Source: a bacterium | Lineage (GTDB): Bacteria > Hinthialibacterota > Hinthialibacteria > Hinthialibacterales > Hinthialibacteraceae | Length of the DNA stretch: 64,000 bases | NCBI GenBank assembly: GCA_963662285.2 | Contig: CAXXMV010000001.1 | Coordinates: 1,120,001-1,184,000, forward strand | Direction: 5' to 3' | In this document: positions 48,983 through 59,128 of the stretch, one piece after another | Numbering within the stretch: position 1 is the first letter of the stretch | Layout of the letters: every line of letters begins with the position of its first letter | Translations under genes and position numbers: made by a program | The notes under the pieces: model-generated | Database searches by the model: none | The model's input: only the letters and a program-made list of their open reading frames with translations | Told to the model about the DNA's origin: nothing

Positions 48983-49501
48983 ATGTTTTATAGAAAGAAC
49001 CGTATACTCGATTGGCTTCTTCTTTTATGCATTCCACTTTATGGAGTATTTTTATCTCTACCGGTTATTACCGATGTCGGGTACGAATATCTCTATAATA
49101 CAGCCGTTCGCGCTGAGTCTGAAATGCAATCCATTGCTGAAGCGATTGATAAAATACACGCCCGGTATGGATGTTACCCCGACATGTCCGCCTCTCATTT
49201 CGTGGTTGATGCCAGTTTGACGGTGAATGGAGAAGATATAGGCATCTTTTCTACGGAGATTATTAATACTGTCGTTTTTGATCCATTCATCGCCGGCGGT
49301 TATACGCAATCATACCGATACTATACTGATAGCCAAAACTGGTTTGTTCTGGCATGCAATGGTCCGGATGAAGATGAAGACATTACTTACGAAGTATTGC
49401 TTGATATCATCAACCCTACATACGATAATTTAAGGGAACTGTGTTACGACCACACAAAAGGTTATCGCAGCAACGGAGATATAATCGTAGTTCATCCCTG
49501 A
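48983..49501 (+). CDS. Membrane-anchored pseudopilin-like protein lacking the prepilin cleavage motif
   Basis: TM helix, then AESEMQSIAEAI..YP, DPF, YRYY, NGPD, YDHTKGYRSNGDI, paralleling the two prepilins; start uncertain. Confidence 0.6.
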   Translation: MFYRKNRILDWLLLLCIPLYGVFLSLPVITDVGYEYLYNTAVRAESEMQSIAEAIDKIHARYGCYPDMSASHFVVDASLTVNGEDIGIFSTEIINTVVFDPFIAGGYTQSYRYYTDSQNWFVLACNGPDEDEDITYEVLLDIINPTYDNLRELCYDHTKGYRSNGDIIVVHP

Positions 49502-49571
49502 TATCAAAAATAAGTTATTAATATTCTCATAAGCATACGCTAGTTTGCCAGGTTCAATCGGAATTCACAAA

Positions 49572-51122
49572 ATGCCATCATCTTCGATCTCTAGAAATTT
49601 ACATTCATTCTCTACGCTGGTGATCATCGCCGCTGCGGCGTTTATCTGTTGCGACCTGCTGCCCGTAGTCGGGATGGTGGATGGAACCTCGTATTTACTT
49701 TTCGCCTTTTTTGAAGCAATTCTTACTCTGTTATTGATCTCTGCCTGGCGCGACCATTCCGAACGGTTGCCTTGGGTGCATTCGTATCTATTCTTCACTC
49801 TAATGTTCATCCGCCTGGCCAGCCGGTTTCTGGCTAATGTAAGCATTTTCTGGGCGTTCCGGACGGGAGCGGTGTATAGCCCCGATATAGGTTTTATCGG
49901 CTATCTCTGCATCATTGCCCTGCATCCCAATGCATATCTTTGGATGCAAAACTCAAGCAGAAATTTCAAGCAGTGGTTTAATCCATACCGGATGACATTT
50001 TTATTCTCTCTGCTGGCTTTATTTATCCTGTCGTGTTTTCTGTTCCGCTCTTTTCATATCACTCGCGATGGATATGACTGGATTGACCGCTCGACTAAAG
50101 CGGTTTGGCATTTGTATATGCGCGAGCCGCTGACAATAGGTCTGTTTCAGTTTATTGCGAATATCGCATGGAACTGGTGGGGAATCACGAGTTTCGCCGC
50201 TATCGGTTTTGTATCGATTGCAGCTGGAGTTTGGTGGATAGTATGGGCCAACCTGTTGATCATGGATAAGTGGTCTGATGACTTCGACCGTTTGCTGGCA
50301 TGGCTATTGGTTGCTTCATCCGGCGGGATAATGATTCTATTTTTCGCTCATATCGAAGTCTATCCGGTCTTCATCGCCAGTCTTATGCCTTTCTTTTATT
50401 ACGCCCATCGATATCTACAGGGTAAAAGCGGCGCGATTCCAGTTGTGCTTAGTTTCAGCATCGCGTTTCTATGCCATCTCTCCGCTGGATGGCTCTTGCC
50501 TGCTTTTGTCTTACTGCCACTCTTATGTCAAAAAAATAATGCAAAAGCGAAGGATTTTGCTCTTTTCATTGGATTATTCGGTTTGATCCAGGCAATGTTT
50601 TGGGGATTTTTGATTGTAGTATATTACGAGGCAAGCCTATCTCTGTTTTTGACGCGGCTTCACGAAACATTTTTTGTGGGATTAGATCGCGCCATGTTTC
50701 TGCCTCACGGGTATTGGTTCCAATCATGGCATCTCATCGATCTGGCCAACGCTTATATCTATTACTCCCTGCCCTGTTGTCTGTTGCTGCCTGTGTTATT
50801 GATTCGAAAGCCTTCGATCCCATCACGGGAAACCTGCTTCTGGATCATCGCTGCTGGTGTATATTTTCTCTATTCTTTTTCCTGGAATCCAGACCGGGGC
50901 TATCCCGAAGATTGGGATCTGTTCTCGCCTTTTGCCACAATCGCAGTGCTTCTGGTTCTACATCTGCTCTTGCCTGTAGTAAAAAAAGCATCAAAAAAAG
51001 ATGGGGGAAGATCAGAACAAGCCAATTCAATTATTTATATCACAGCGGTGGGGACAATCGTGTTTACATGCAGCCAGATTTATTTCCATCATATAATTCC
51101 CTTTGTGCGTCATACTTTTTAG
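49572..51122 (+). CDS. Multi-pass membrane protein (possible GT-C fold)
   Basis: ~13 TM segments, HIEVY and DWDLF motifs. Confidence 0.55.
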   Translation: MPSSSISRNLHSFSTLVIIAAAAFICCDLLPVVGMVDGTSYLLFAFFEAILTLLLISAWRDHSERLPWVHSYLFFTLMFIRLASRFLANVSIFWAFRTGAVYSPDIGFIGYLCIIALHPNAYLWMQNSSRNFKQWFNPYRMTFLFSLLALFILSCFLFRSFHITRDGYDWIDRSTKAVWHLYMREPLTIGLFQFIANIAWNWWGITSFAAIGFVSIAAGVWWIVWANLLIMDKWSDDFDRLLAWLLVASSGGIMILFFAHIEVYPVFIASLMPFFYYAHRYLQGKSGAIPVVLSFSIAFLCHLSAGWLLPAFVLLPLLCQKNNAKAKDFALFIGLFGLIQAMFWGFLIVVYYEASLSLFLTRLHETFFVGLDRAMFLPHGYWFQSWHLIDLANAYIYYSLPCCLLLPVLLIRKPSIPSRETCFWIIAAGVYFLYSFSWNPDRGYPEDWDLFSPFATIAVLLVLHLLLPVVKKASKKDGGRSEQANSIIYITAVGTIVFTCSQIYFHHIIPFVRHTF

Positions 51123-51158
51123 TTGATCCCACTTAAAAAATTCCTCTACAAAATCAGA

Positions 51159-51965
51159 TTACTTTCGCTTGCCAAAGAGAATCATGCGGGGGGACTCATG
51201 ATTAAACGGCAGATTATCGAAAGTTCCTGATACGCCATCAACTGAAAGATCAACAGAAAAAAGCATATCCTTCATTTCTTCATATTCATATAAACGAACC
51301 GATTCATGGTAGATATGGTCTTCGCCTCCCCAATTTTCTATGACGATCTTTTTTTCGACTCGTTCTCCATCCGGTGAGATAGACCGGTATTCACGGATTT
51401 TATAGTCGCCATGTTCTTTAACGGATTGAGCGACCAAATTGTTTCTTACGTATGTCGGATTCAAGTAGTCGAGCATAAAATATCCCTCAGGACGAAGAAC
51501 CCGGGATATTTCCTGCAAAACCAAAAGGTTTTCTACATTAGTAGGGAAATAACCGAATGACGTAAAGAAAGATAATACTATATCCATAGCATTATCCGGC
51601 AGCGGCAGAAGGCGCATGTCGCCGCGTAAATACATCGCTTGCGGTTTTTGACTTATGGCGTATTCCAAAAGTGGAAAAGAATAATCCACGCCCAAAATAT
51701 TTTTTAATCCCGCGCGAATCAAAGCGCGGCAGTGCCGTCCATTTCCACAACAAAGGTCAAGGATTTCATCTTCCGGATTTATCGTAAGGGCGGACAAGGC
51801 CGACTTGATTTCCGCATCGGCTGAATCTTCATCACGATGCGAATAAACATCCATGTAAATATGGTTGAACCATTCGCTCCACCATGCACCACTTTTTTCA
51901 CTACCAGTAGAATTATTGTCTTGGTCTATCTGATTCATGCCGTTCAGTTCCTTCACAATCAACAC
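51159..51965 (-). CDS. Class I SAM-dependent methyltransferase
   Basis: ILDLCCGNGRH, GDMR, FTSFGYF. Confidence 0.9.
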   Translation of the reverse strand: MLIVKELNGMNQIDQDNNSTGSEKSGAWWSEWFNHIYMDVYSHRDEDSADAEIKSALSALTINPEDEILDLCCGNGRHCRALIRAGLKNILGVDYSFPLLEYAISQKPQAMYLRGDMRLLPLPDNAMDIVLSFFTSFGYFPTNVENLLVLQEISRVLRPEGYFMLDYLNPTYVRNNLVAQSVKEHGDYKIREYRSISPDGERVEKKIVIENWGGEDHIYHESVRLYEYEEMKDMLFSVDLSVDGVSGTFDNLPFNHESPRMILFGKRK

Positions 51966-51986
51966 ATATCATGCACCTTTCAGTCA

Positions 51987-52982
51987 CTATGCGGATTTAC
52001 GAATCACCAATTGAGTTTTTATATATTCTCCAGAGATTGATTCTTCCTCGCCTTTCATTGACCTGAGCAGCAGTTCCATAGCAGTTTGCCCCATTTCATA
52101 ACGGGGAATATGCACCGTCGTCAGAGAAGGACTGACAATAGAGGCCATCTCAACGTCATCGAAGCCCACAACCGCTAAATCATCAGGCACTTTACGTCCT
52201 AGTTCCTGAATCGCCTTGTAGGCGCCAAAAGCCAACTGATCCGAAAAACAAACCATCGCCGTGATGGAGGGATGCTCCTTTAGCAGTTTTAGAGAAGCCT
52301 CGTAAGCCGATGCGCATGTACCGGAACACATGACATCGGGGCAATTTGATTTTTCAAAGCCGCTTTCGCGGAGAGATTCTGTAAAAGCGTTAAGACGAAT
52401 TTGAGAAGTCATACTACCCGGGTGGCCATTGAGGAAACCAATTTTCTCATGACCTTTGCTGATAAGGTGGGCGACTACCTGACGAATGCCGTTGACGTTA
52501 TCAGGCATAACGAAAGGAATATCGAAACTCATATAGCGGCGGTTAATAAGCACGCAGGGAATAGACAAATCGGCTATTGACTGGATCAATTCACGGGATT
52601 CATAACTAGGCATTAGCAGGACGCCTTCAACCCGCAGAGAACGGAATTGCTCAATGATGCTCCACTCACGATCCCGTTCTTCCTGACTGAGACTAAGGAG
52701 AATCTGGAAACCGTTTTCGTAAGCGCGGTCTTCGATGCCCCGGATAATATCTGCATAGTATGGATTAGAGATATTGGGAACCATAACGCCGAGAAGGTTA
52801 GACTTTTTAGAACGCAGACTGGAAGCGATGCGATCAGGAATGTAATTCAATTCGCGTGCGATTTTGACAATCCGTTGTTTGGTATCCTCGCTGATGCCGC
52901 CGCGATTATTTAACGCCCGCGAAACAGTATTTGCAGTAACTCCCGCCTTTTTCGCAATTACTTTTAGAGTTACTTTACCCAT
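51987..52982 (-). CDS. LacI family transcriptional regulator
   Basis: TLKVIAKKAGVTANTVSRALN HTH, VPDDLAVVGFDD, LVIRKS. Confidence 0.95.
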   Translation of the reverse strand: MGKVTLKVIAKKAGVTANTVSRALNNRGGISEDTKQRIVKIARELNYIPDRIASSLRSKKSNLLGVMVPNISNPYYADIIRGIEDRAYENGFQILLSLSQEERDREWSIIEQFRSLRVEGVLLMPSYESRELIQSIADLSIPCVLINRRYMSFDIPFVMPDNVNGIRQVVAHLISKGHEKIGFLNGHPGSMTSQIRLNAFTESLRESGFEKSNCPDVMCSGTCASAYEASLKLLKEHPSITAMVCFSDQLAFGAYKAIQELGRKVPDDLAVVGFDDVEMASIVSPSLTTVHIPRYEMGQTAMELLLRSMKGEEESISGEYIKTQLVIRKSA

Positions 52983-53102
52983 TTTTTCGCCTCCCGATGC
53001 ATCGAATAGATTTTTTTATTCAGCTCACTATAATTAGGAAGTAAATATAATGCATTTTATAAGAATACCAATGGCATCTGTTCAGGTTGAGGGATCCAGA
53101 CG

Positions 53103-54011
53103 ATGAAGTCAAAGCAAAGAACTGAAGACCAATGTTATGAGTATTTTTTATGGGATATACCAGATCAAAGCATATCAGACCAGAGTATACCAGATCAGAG
53201 TATACCAGCCCAGAGCATACCAGATCAGAGCATACCAGACCAGAGCATACCAGACCAGAGCATACCAGACCAGAGCATACCAGACCAGAGCATACCAGAC
53301 CAGAGCATACCAGACCAGAGCATACCAGATGGCAAACTTCTGGTTATTGCTCAAACAATCTGCAATCAATACAAACCAACAAAAGAAACAACCTGCTCAG
53401 CCGCTTTTTATCCTTATAGTGATTTAAGGAATACAATAAGAATCGAAAATTGTCTAACCAAAATCAGAATAAGCGATATCCTGCGCACTGCGCCTGAAAC
53501 GATTATTGAGTATTTAATTGAGATTCTATTAGCTAAAGCATTACGGAGAAGACCACAACAGCATTGGATGGATAAGTTCAACGAATATATTCATAGCCCG
53601 AATGTTGAAGAGCAACATGCCTTAATCAGACGCTCTAGAAAACGAAAAATACTTACATCGCCGCAAGGCAAACATTATGATCTGCAAGAAGTGTTTTGTC
53701 GGATAAATCAAAAATATTTCTCAGGAAAACTGCCGCAGCCTGAATTATCCTGGAGTCCCAAACGCAGCCGCCGACAACTGGGTTACCATGAGGAATCTCT
53801 CAACCTGATCGTAATCAGCCAGAATCTAGACAGAAAGCGCGTACCGGAATTTGTGGTGGATTATATCATGTATCACGAATTACTGCACATAGATATTCGG
53901 CCAACCAGCCGCAATGGTAGAAGGATAGTACACTCGAAGGAATTCAACCAACAAGAACGAAAATTCGAACAATACAAAGATGCGCTGCGTTGGTTGAAAG
54001 AATCTTTATGA
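53103..54011 (+). CDS. SprT/YgjP-like metallopeptidase with N-terminal IPDQS repeats
   Basis: YIMYHELLH HExxH motif and a downstream H; repeat array near the N-terminus. Confidence 0.8.
   Translation: MKSKQRTEDQCYEYFLWDIPDQSISDQSIPDQSIPAQSIPDQSIPDQSIPDQSIPDQSIPDQSIPDQSIPDQSIPDGKLLVIAQTICNQYKPTKETTCSAAFYPYSDLRNTIRIENCLTKIRISDILRTAPETIIEYLIEILLAKALRRRPQQHWMDKFNEYIHSPNVEEQHALIRRSRKRKILTSPQGKHYDLQEVFCRINQKYFSGKLPQPELSWSPKRSRRQLGYHEESLNLIVISQNLDRKRVPEFVVDYIMYHELLHIDIRPTSRNGRRIVHSKEFNQQERKFEQYKDALRWLKESL
53157..53330 (+). repeat. 15-bp coding tandem repeat, ~11.6 copies
   Basis: ATACCAGA(C/T)CAGAG(C/T) units encoding IPDQS. Confidence 0.95.
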
Positions 54012-54018
54012 TATTGCT

Positions 54019-54366
54019 TTATGATGTTTTAGAGAAAGCCTCCAGGGCTTTATCTCTATCGTCATAGGTTTCTAAAATCTGGTTAATGCGCGTGGCTTCA
54101 AAGGTCTGCATAACTCGCCGCTGAAGTTTAAGAAATTTCAAATCTCCGCCACGGTCACGGGAATCACGGGTAAAAGCGACAAACACGCCTACTGTATAAG
54201 AAGAGATTATCTCAACTCCTGAAAGATCGAGAATAATCTTGATACGATCCTGTTTAAGAAGGTCGTGCAATTCACCACGCAGCCAAACAGTATTTTCGAA
54301 GTCAAGTTCTCCATTGATAATCAAGATTGAAATATCACCAATATCTTCTCGCTCTACAGGAATCAT
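54019..54366 (-). CDS. STAS anti-sigma factor antagonist
   Basis: INGELD, IILDLSGVEIISS, GGDLKF. Confidence 0.9.
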   Translation of the reverse strand: MIPVEREDIGDISILIINGELDFENTVWLRGELHDLLKQDRIKIILDLSGVEIISSYTVGVFVAFTRDSRDRGGDLKFLKLQRRVMQTFEATRINQILETYDDRDKALEAFSKTS

Positions 54367-54983
54367 TCACCAACTCCTTTCAGTGACAAACTTTCATAAT
54401 TCATCAGTTCACTCGCCTCTTCAGAAGAAATCACCTTTTGTGATTCCAATATCTTGATTAAAGTCGCCAACATGCAACTGTTGGCATATAAAATCTCACC
54501 AGTTTCAAAGCGGGATTTAATAGAAGGTCCGATATCGGAGGTTTGATTACCTGAAGTAAGATCGTTTTTTGCGGAAAAAGCATCTTTTACAGGTCTTGAA
54601 TCTTGAGCAGAATTTTTTTGATTCGATTCAGGACTAGCCTCAATATTTATCTTGAATGAATCTACCGCCTCAGCGCGCGTCGAATAAACCTTAAATAATT
54701 CAATTACGCGATTTTGTTTCAAATACTGCATTAAGGCGCGCTGAGGATTAAGAAAACGTATATCTCCGCCATTAGCCCGCAGTTCTTTCATATGTGATAT
54801 GAGAAGACTAATTGTCTGCTGTCCCATAAAACGGATCGAGAACAGATCGAGAATGACCTTAAAAACACGACTATCAATTAAATCTTTGATAGTTCTATCA
54901 AGTTGTTGATGACCACGACTATCCAGTTCCCCGGAAAGAGATAAAACTACAATATCATCATACAGTTTAGTTTCAATTTGCAT
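54363..54983 (-). CDS. STAS domain protein with a C-terminal extension
   Basis: LSGELD, VILDL, GGDIRF; the usual D-S-S/T phospho-site reads MGQQ. Confidence 0.85.
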   Translation of the reverse strand: MQIETKLYDDIVVLSLSGELDSRGHQQLDRTIKDLIDSRVFKVILDLFSIRFMGQQTISLLISHMKELRANGGDIRFLNPQRALMQYLKQNRVIELFKVYSTRAEAVDSFKINIEASPESNQKNSAQDSRPVKDAFSAKNDLTSGNQTSDIGPSIKSRFETGEILYANSCMLATLIKILESQKVISSEEASELMNYESLSLKGVGE

Positions 54984-55083
54984 GTTTTAACCAAAAACGC
55001 TTGCTTAACTACGATTATGATAATATAAAGCAAATTTTCATATTAGAAAACTCTAATCCATACCAGAAGCGTAATAAGTCAAA

Positions 55084-55293
55084 TTAGTTTTTATCGTTCT
55101 TCTCTTCGGCTTTCTCAATTTTGGGTGAATCTGCTGCATCATCATCATCGTTCAAAGATGTGATTGATTTTTTGAATTCGCGGATACCGCTTCCCAGTGA
55201 TTTTCCCATCTCTGGAAGGCGCTTGGCGCCAAAAATCAATAAAACGATAAAGAGGATAATCATCAGTTCCCAAGGTCCCATGTTCCAAGGCAT
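55084..55293 (-). CDS. tatA: Twin-arginine translocase TatA
   Basis: GPWELMIILFIVLLIFGAKRLPEMGKSLGSGIREFKK; RBS AAGGAG before ATG 55293. Confidence 0.95.
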   Translation of the reverse strand: MPWNMGPWELMIILFIVLLIFGAKRLPEMGKSLGSGIREFKKSITSLNDDDDAADSPKIEKAEEKNDKN

Positions 55294-55493
55294 TATTTTG
55301 TTTCTCCTTAAATGTACGGTTCGAAAATAAACGTCAATAACTAGTCTCACCTAGTATATAATCTTACTCACTTATACATAGGTTCGTCAAGGATTTTTGA
55401 CAAGGTTGATTCATCGGCGTTCTTCAGCGAGCATGCTTGCTCTATAATACCCGATGATACAGGCTAAACCTTAATTCAAAAGTAAAGCGTAAG

Positions 55494-57608
55494 ATGGAAG
55501 CCACATCTAACAATAATGATAAAAGCCGTTTATTGGGTATAGATATCGATTCGTTGACAGCGGATCAGTTTCTAGATCGGATTGATACGTTTATCAAATC
55601 CGGTAAACCACATCAGATATCTTATTTAAATGCTGATTGTCTCAATAAATGCTGGTCTGACAGGCTTTATAGAGATGTGATTTCAGAATCGGACCTGGTC
55701 TACGCCGACGGTATGGGAGTAGTGTGGGCATCACGCCTGTTCGGGAATCCTCTGCCTGAACGCTTAAATGCTAACGATTTATTACCCCGGTTTTGCCATA
55801 GATCAGAGGAGAATAATTACCGTATTTTCCTCTTGGGCGGAGAAAAAGGCATAGCGGAAAAGACCGCCGAAGACCTTAAGTCGAAGTATCCCAACCTTCA
55901 AATCGTCGGTTGTCATCATGGTTTTTTTACCGGCGCAAAAGAGGAAGATGATGTAATAAACCTGATTCATGAGTCAAAAGTAGATATTCTGATAGTGGGA
56001 ATGGGCGCTCCCAAGCAGGAATTATGGATTCGTAAGAATATTGACCGGCTTGGAGTTCCGGTTGCATGGGGCGTTGGTGGATTGCTCGATTATTCCGCCA
56101 AGGGCATCCAAAGAGCGCCATCCTGGATGCGTAAAGCCGGTATGGAATGGTTTTGGCGTCTTTGCCTTGAACCGCGTAGGTTGTGGCGCCGCTATCTCTT
56201 AGGGAATATTTTATTTACGTTCCGCGTCGGTTTTTTAATTTTCGCAGATGCATTATCCGCAACTCTGGCATGGTTTGCCGCCTATGCGCTTCGCGCATTC
56301 CTTATTCCATATATGACATTTTTGCCCTATTCATTACTCAAACCATTAAATCCATTTATTAATTATATCGTTGCTCTTCCGATGATTATCATTACCTGGA
56401 TTGTCATCTGCGCATCGATGGACCTCTATCGAAGACAAACTTTTCGAACGTCATTCGAAGAATTGAGCGCTATAGTCAAGATGTCTTTTCTTTTCTTGAT
56501 AACATCAATGGCTGTGGCTTTTTTACTGAAAGACTTAAGTCTTGGTAGATCAGTGTTAATACTATCATCCATGATGTCATTCTTGATGATGATAGTAACC
56601 AGATTAATCTGGTCGAGCGTTGAAAAGTCATTCTTCGAAGAAGGAATTGGGAGAGTAAGAACTTTAATAGTCGGTTCGGATCAATATGTCCAAAAAGCGA
56701 TTGATCGCCTTCAGTCTGATCGAAACAAGAAATATATGATTTTAGGCATATTAGACGACGATTATGAACCCGGAGATTCTATTTACGGACAGCCTATACT
56801 TGGCAAAGTGAAAAGTTTGCCGGAATGGGCCAAAACTCTGGCGGCTGATGAGATATTTTTTGCTGATCCTAAATTGGAAAAACGCAAGCTACTCAATCTG
56901 GTAGCCTCTTGTGGAGAGAGCACCTCTGTTAGGCAATATAATATTTTGACCGACTTATTCGGAGTAATCACGGATCATGCCTTTTTTGACGCTGATGATG
57001 ATATCCCGTTTAAGGTGCTGAAACGTGGCGGTATAACCCCATTCGAGCAAATTTTGAAGAGATTTTTAGATATCAGTATGGCCAGCATTATGCTGTTATC
57101 TATGATTTCTTTTTTTCCAATTATCTGTTTGTTAATCCGGCTTAGTTCACCAGGCGCCGCCATTTTCCGGCATAAACGAATTGGTCTTAACGGGCAGCCG
57201 TTTATCATGTACAAATTCCGTACTATGTATCAGGAAGTGAATGAGTACGAGGAAGCCCCCATCAGAGTTGACGATCAAAGAATCCTTCCTATTGGACGTT
57301 TTCTACGTAGAACAAGTCTGGATGAACTGCCTCAGTTATGGAATGTACTCAAAGGTGAGATGAGTATGGTAGGCCCCAGACCGGAAATGTCGTTCATTGT
57401 TGAAGATTATGAACCCTGGCAGCGCCGTCGCCTCACAGTGGTTCCAGGCATAACCGGATTGTGGCAAATCAGCGGACGCAAAGACCGTCCGCTCCACTCT
57501 AATCTGGAATACGACTTTTATTATATCCAAAACCAATCGCTATTGTTTGATATCATAATCCTGCTTAAGACATTCCCGGTAGTACTATTCGGCAAAGGCG
57601 CTTACTAA
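55494..57608 (+). CDS. Fusion of a WecB/TagA/CpsF (GT26) glycosyltransferase and a WcaJ/WbaP-type polyprenyl glycosylphosphotransferase
   Basis: N-terminal YADGMG, GMGAPKQE, EPRRLWRRY; TM region; C-terminal KRFLDI, KFRTM, RRTSLDELPQ, GPRPE, PGITGLWQ. Confidence 0.92.
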   Translation: MEATSNNNDKSRLLGIDIDSLTADQFLDRIDTFIKSGKPHQISYLNADCLNKCWSDRLYRDVISESDLVYADGMGVVWASRLFGNPLPERLNANDLLPRFCHRSEENNYRIFLLGGEKGIAEKTAEDLKSKYPNLQIVGCHHGFFTGAKEEDDVINLIHESKVDILIVGMGAPKQELWIRKNIDRLGVPVAWGVGGLLDYSAKGIQRAPSWMRKAGMEWFWRLCLEPRRLWRRYLLGNILFTFRVGFLIFADALSATLAWFAAYALRAFLIPYMTFLPYSLLKPLNPFINYIVALPMIIITWIVICASMDLYRRQTFRTSFEELSAIVKMSFLFLITSMAVAFLLKDLSLGRSVLILSSMMSFLMMIVTRLIWSSVEKSFFEEGIGRVRTLIVGSDQYVQKAIDRLQSDRNKKYMILGILDDDYEPGDSIYGQPILGKVKSLPEWAKTLAADEIFFADPKLEKRKLLNLVASCGESTSVRQYNILTDLFGVITDHAFFDADDDIPFKVLKRGGITPFEQILKRFLDISMASIMLLSMISFFPIICLLIRLSSPGAAIFRHKRIGLNGQPFIMYKFRTMYQEVNEYEEAPIRVDDQRILPIGRFLRRTSLDELPQLWNVLKGEMSMVGPRPEMSFIVEDYEPWQRRRLTVVPGITGLWQISGRKDRPLHSNLEYDFYYIQNQSLLFDIIILLKTFPVVLFGKGAY

Positions 57609-57696
57609 GATTTTTCAGATCAAGTAGACATTCTTTCCTCAATAAGTTACCATTTATTACAGAAATCATCTTCCCCATCTGAAAGCGTATTGAGAT

Positions 57697-57957
57697 ATGT
57701 TAATCAATATCATGACGTCAACCGCTGGACCGGGTATGGGAAACATATTATTCTCCGCCAGTTTATGGATTATTACCATGATGATTATACTCTACAAACA
57801 AGCCGGGATTCAGTTGATTGGGACGCTGATAATTCTCTCCGGATTCGCCGCATTATTGTTGCAGTCTAAAATTACAGCTTCGCTAAGTCTGATAATTGCC
57901 GGTTTTCTGATTCATGGCTGCGGAAGACTACTGTTGAATATCCGAAAACGCCGTTAA
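57697..57957 (+). CDS. Small hypothetical membrane protein
   Basis: 86 aa, 3 hydrophobic segments, basic C-terminus. Confidence 0.5.
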   Translation: MLINIMTSTAGPGMGNILFSASLWIITMMIILYKQAGIQLIGTLIILSGFAALLLQSKITASLSLIIAGFLIHGCGRLLLNIRKRR

Positions 57958-58083
57958 AACGCTCGCTATTATTAGTGCAGAATTAATCAAGAGGGATAAA
58001 CATATTCCATTTTTTTCTGTATACTGCCCATCACAATCTCGATCCTCATAAATCTAAAAAATACATAAGAATGGATCACAATT

Positions 58084-59100
58084 ATGGAATTTACAGAGAT
58101 ATTAGACATTTTGCTTAACGGTCAATCATTAACTGAAGAGATTGCAGGTCTGGCGATTTCGACCGTGATGGATGGGAAATGCACTCCGGCGCAAATTGCA
58201 GCCTTGTTAACCGCTCTGCGCTGCAAAGGAGAGACAACTGACGAGATAGTTGGCGCAGCTCGCGCCATGCGCAGTCATGCTACGCCGATCAAGACTAGCA
58301 GGCAAGGATTAATGGACACCTGCGGAACTGGCGGCGACCGAAGCGGTTCATTCAACATCTCCACAACAACAGCTTTCGTAGTCGCAGGGGCAGGAGTTCC
58401 GGTGGCTAAACATGGCAATCGCTCGGCAACAAGCAAATGCGGCAGCATAGACCTTCTGGAACAACTTGGCGTCAATGTCATGATAACGCCGGAACAGGCG
58501 GGATGCTGTTTAGATGAAGTGGGCTTCAGCGTCCTTTTTGCGCGCACAGTTCACCCGGCCATGAAATATGCCGCGCCAGTCCGGTCAGAACTGGGTTTTA
58601 GAACAATTTTCAATTTCCTGGGTCCACTAACCAATCCTGCATCGCCGGACTATCAGTTAGTGGGAATCAGCGATGTAGGCCATATTGAGACTTACGCCCA
58701 ATGCCTTCAGAAATTAGGCCTCAAACGCGCGTGGGTAGTGAACGCTTCGGATGGATTAGATGAAATAACCCTCACCGGTTCAACGCAATGCTTCGAAGTC
58801 ACACAGGATGAAATCAAACAGCGCGAAATTAATCCAGAAAAGTTAGGTTTGAATTTATGCTCCCCGGTTGACCTTAAAGGCGGCTCCCTGGAAGACAATG
58901 CGGCAATTACCCTGGGCATACTTAATGGCGAAGACAAGGGCGCGAAACGCGAAATCACTTTGCTCAATGCAGGAACGGCATTAACTGTCGCAGAGCAGGT
59001 TCCTTCTATCGAAGAAGGCATTAAACTCGCGGCGGACAGCATTGATTCCGGCAGGGCGTATGATGTATTACAGAAACTGATTCAATTCACCAATCAGTAA
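58084..59100 (+). CDS. trpD: Anthranilate phosphoribosyltransferase
   Basis: DTCGTGGD, FNIST, AKHGNR, LGPLTNP, DGLDE. Confidence 0.97.
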   Translation: MEFTEILDILLNGQSLTEEIAGLAISTVMDGKCTPAQIAALLTALRCKGETTDEIVGAARAMRSHATPIKTSRQGLMDTCGTGGDRSGSFNISTTTAFVVAGAGVPVAKHGNRSATSKCGSIDLLEQLGVNVMITPEQAGCCLDEVGFSVLFARTVHPAMKYAAPVRSELGFRTIFNFLGPLTNPASPDYQLVGISDVGHIETYAQCLQKLGLKRAWVVNASDGLDEITLTGSTQCFEVTQDEIKQREINPEKLGLNLCSPVDLKGGSLEDNAAITLGILNGEDKGAKREITLLNAGTALTVAEQVPSIEEGIKLAADSIDSGRAYDVLQKLIQFTNQ

Positions 59101-59128
59101 GCGTTTTTTTATATAAGGAAAAATCATA

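Noticed and set aside
53157-53330. Repeat array as a CRISPR
   Set aside because: Contiguous 15-bp units with no spacers, in frame within a CDS, and no cas genes in the window
53137-53427. Alternative-frame ORFs (RAYQT/EHTRP/WYALV repeats)
   Set aside because: By-products of the stop-free tandem repeat
40971-59100. Separated trpC and trpD as something unusual
   Set aside because: Dispersed trp genes are common in many phyla; no attenuator seen
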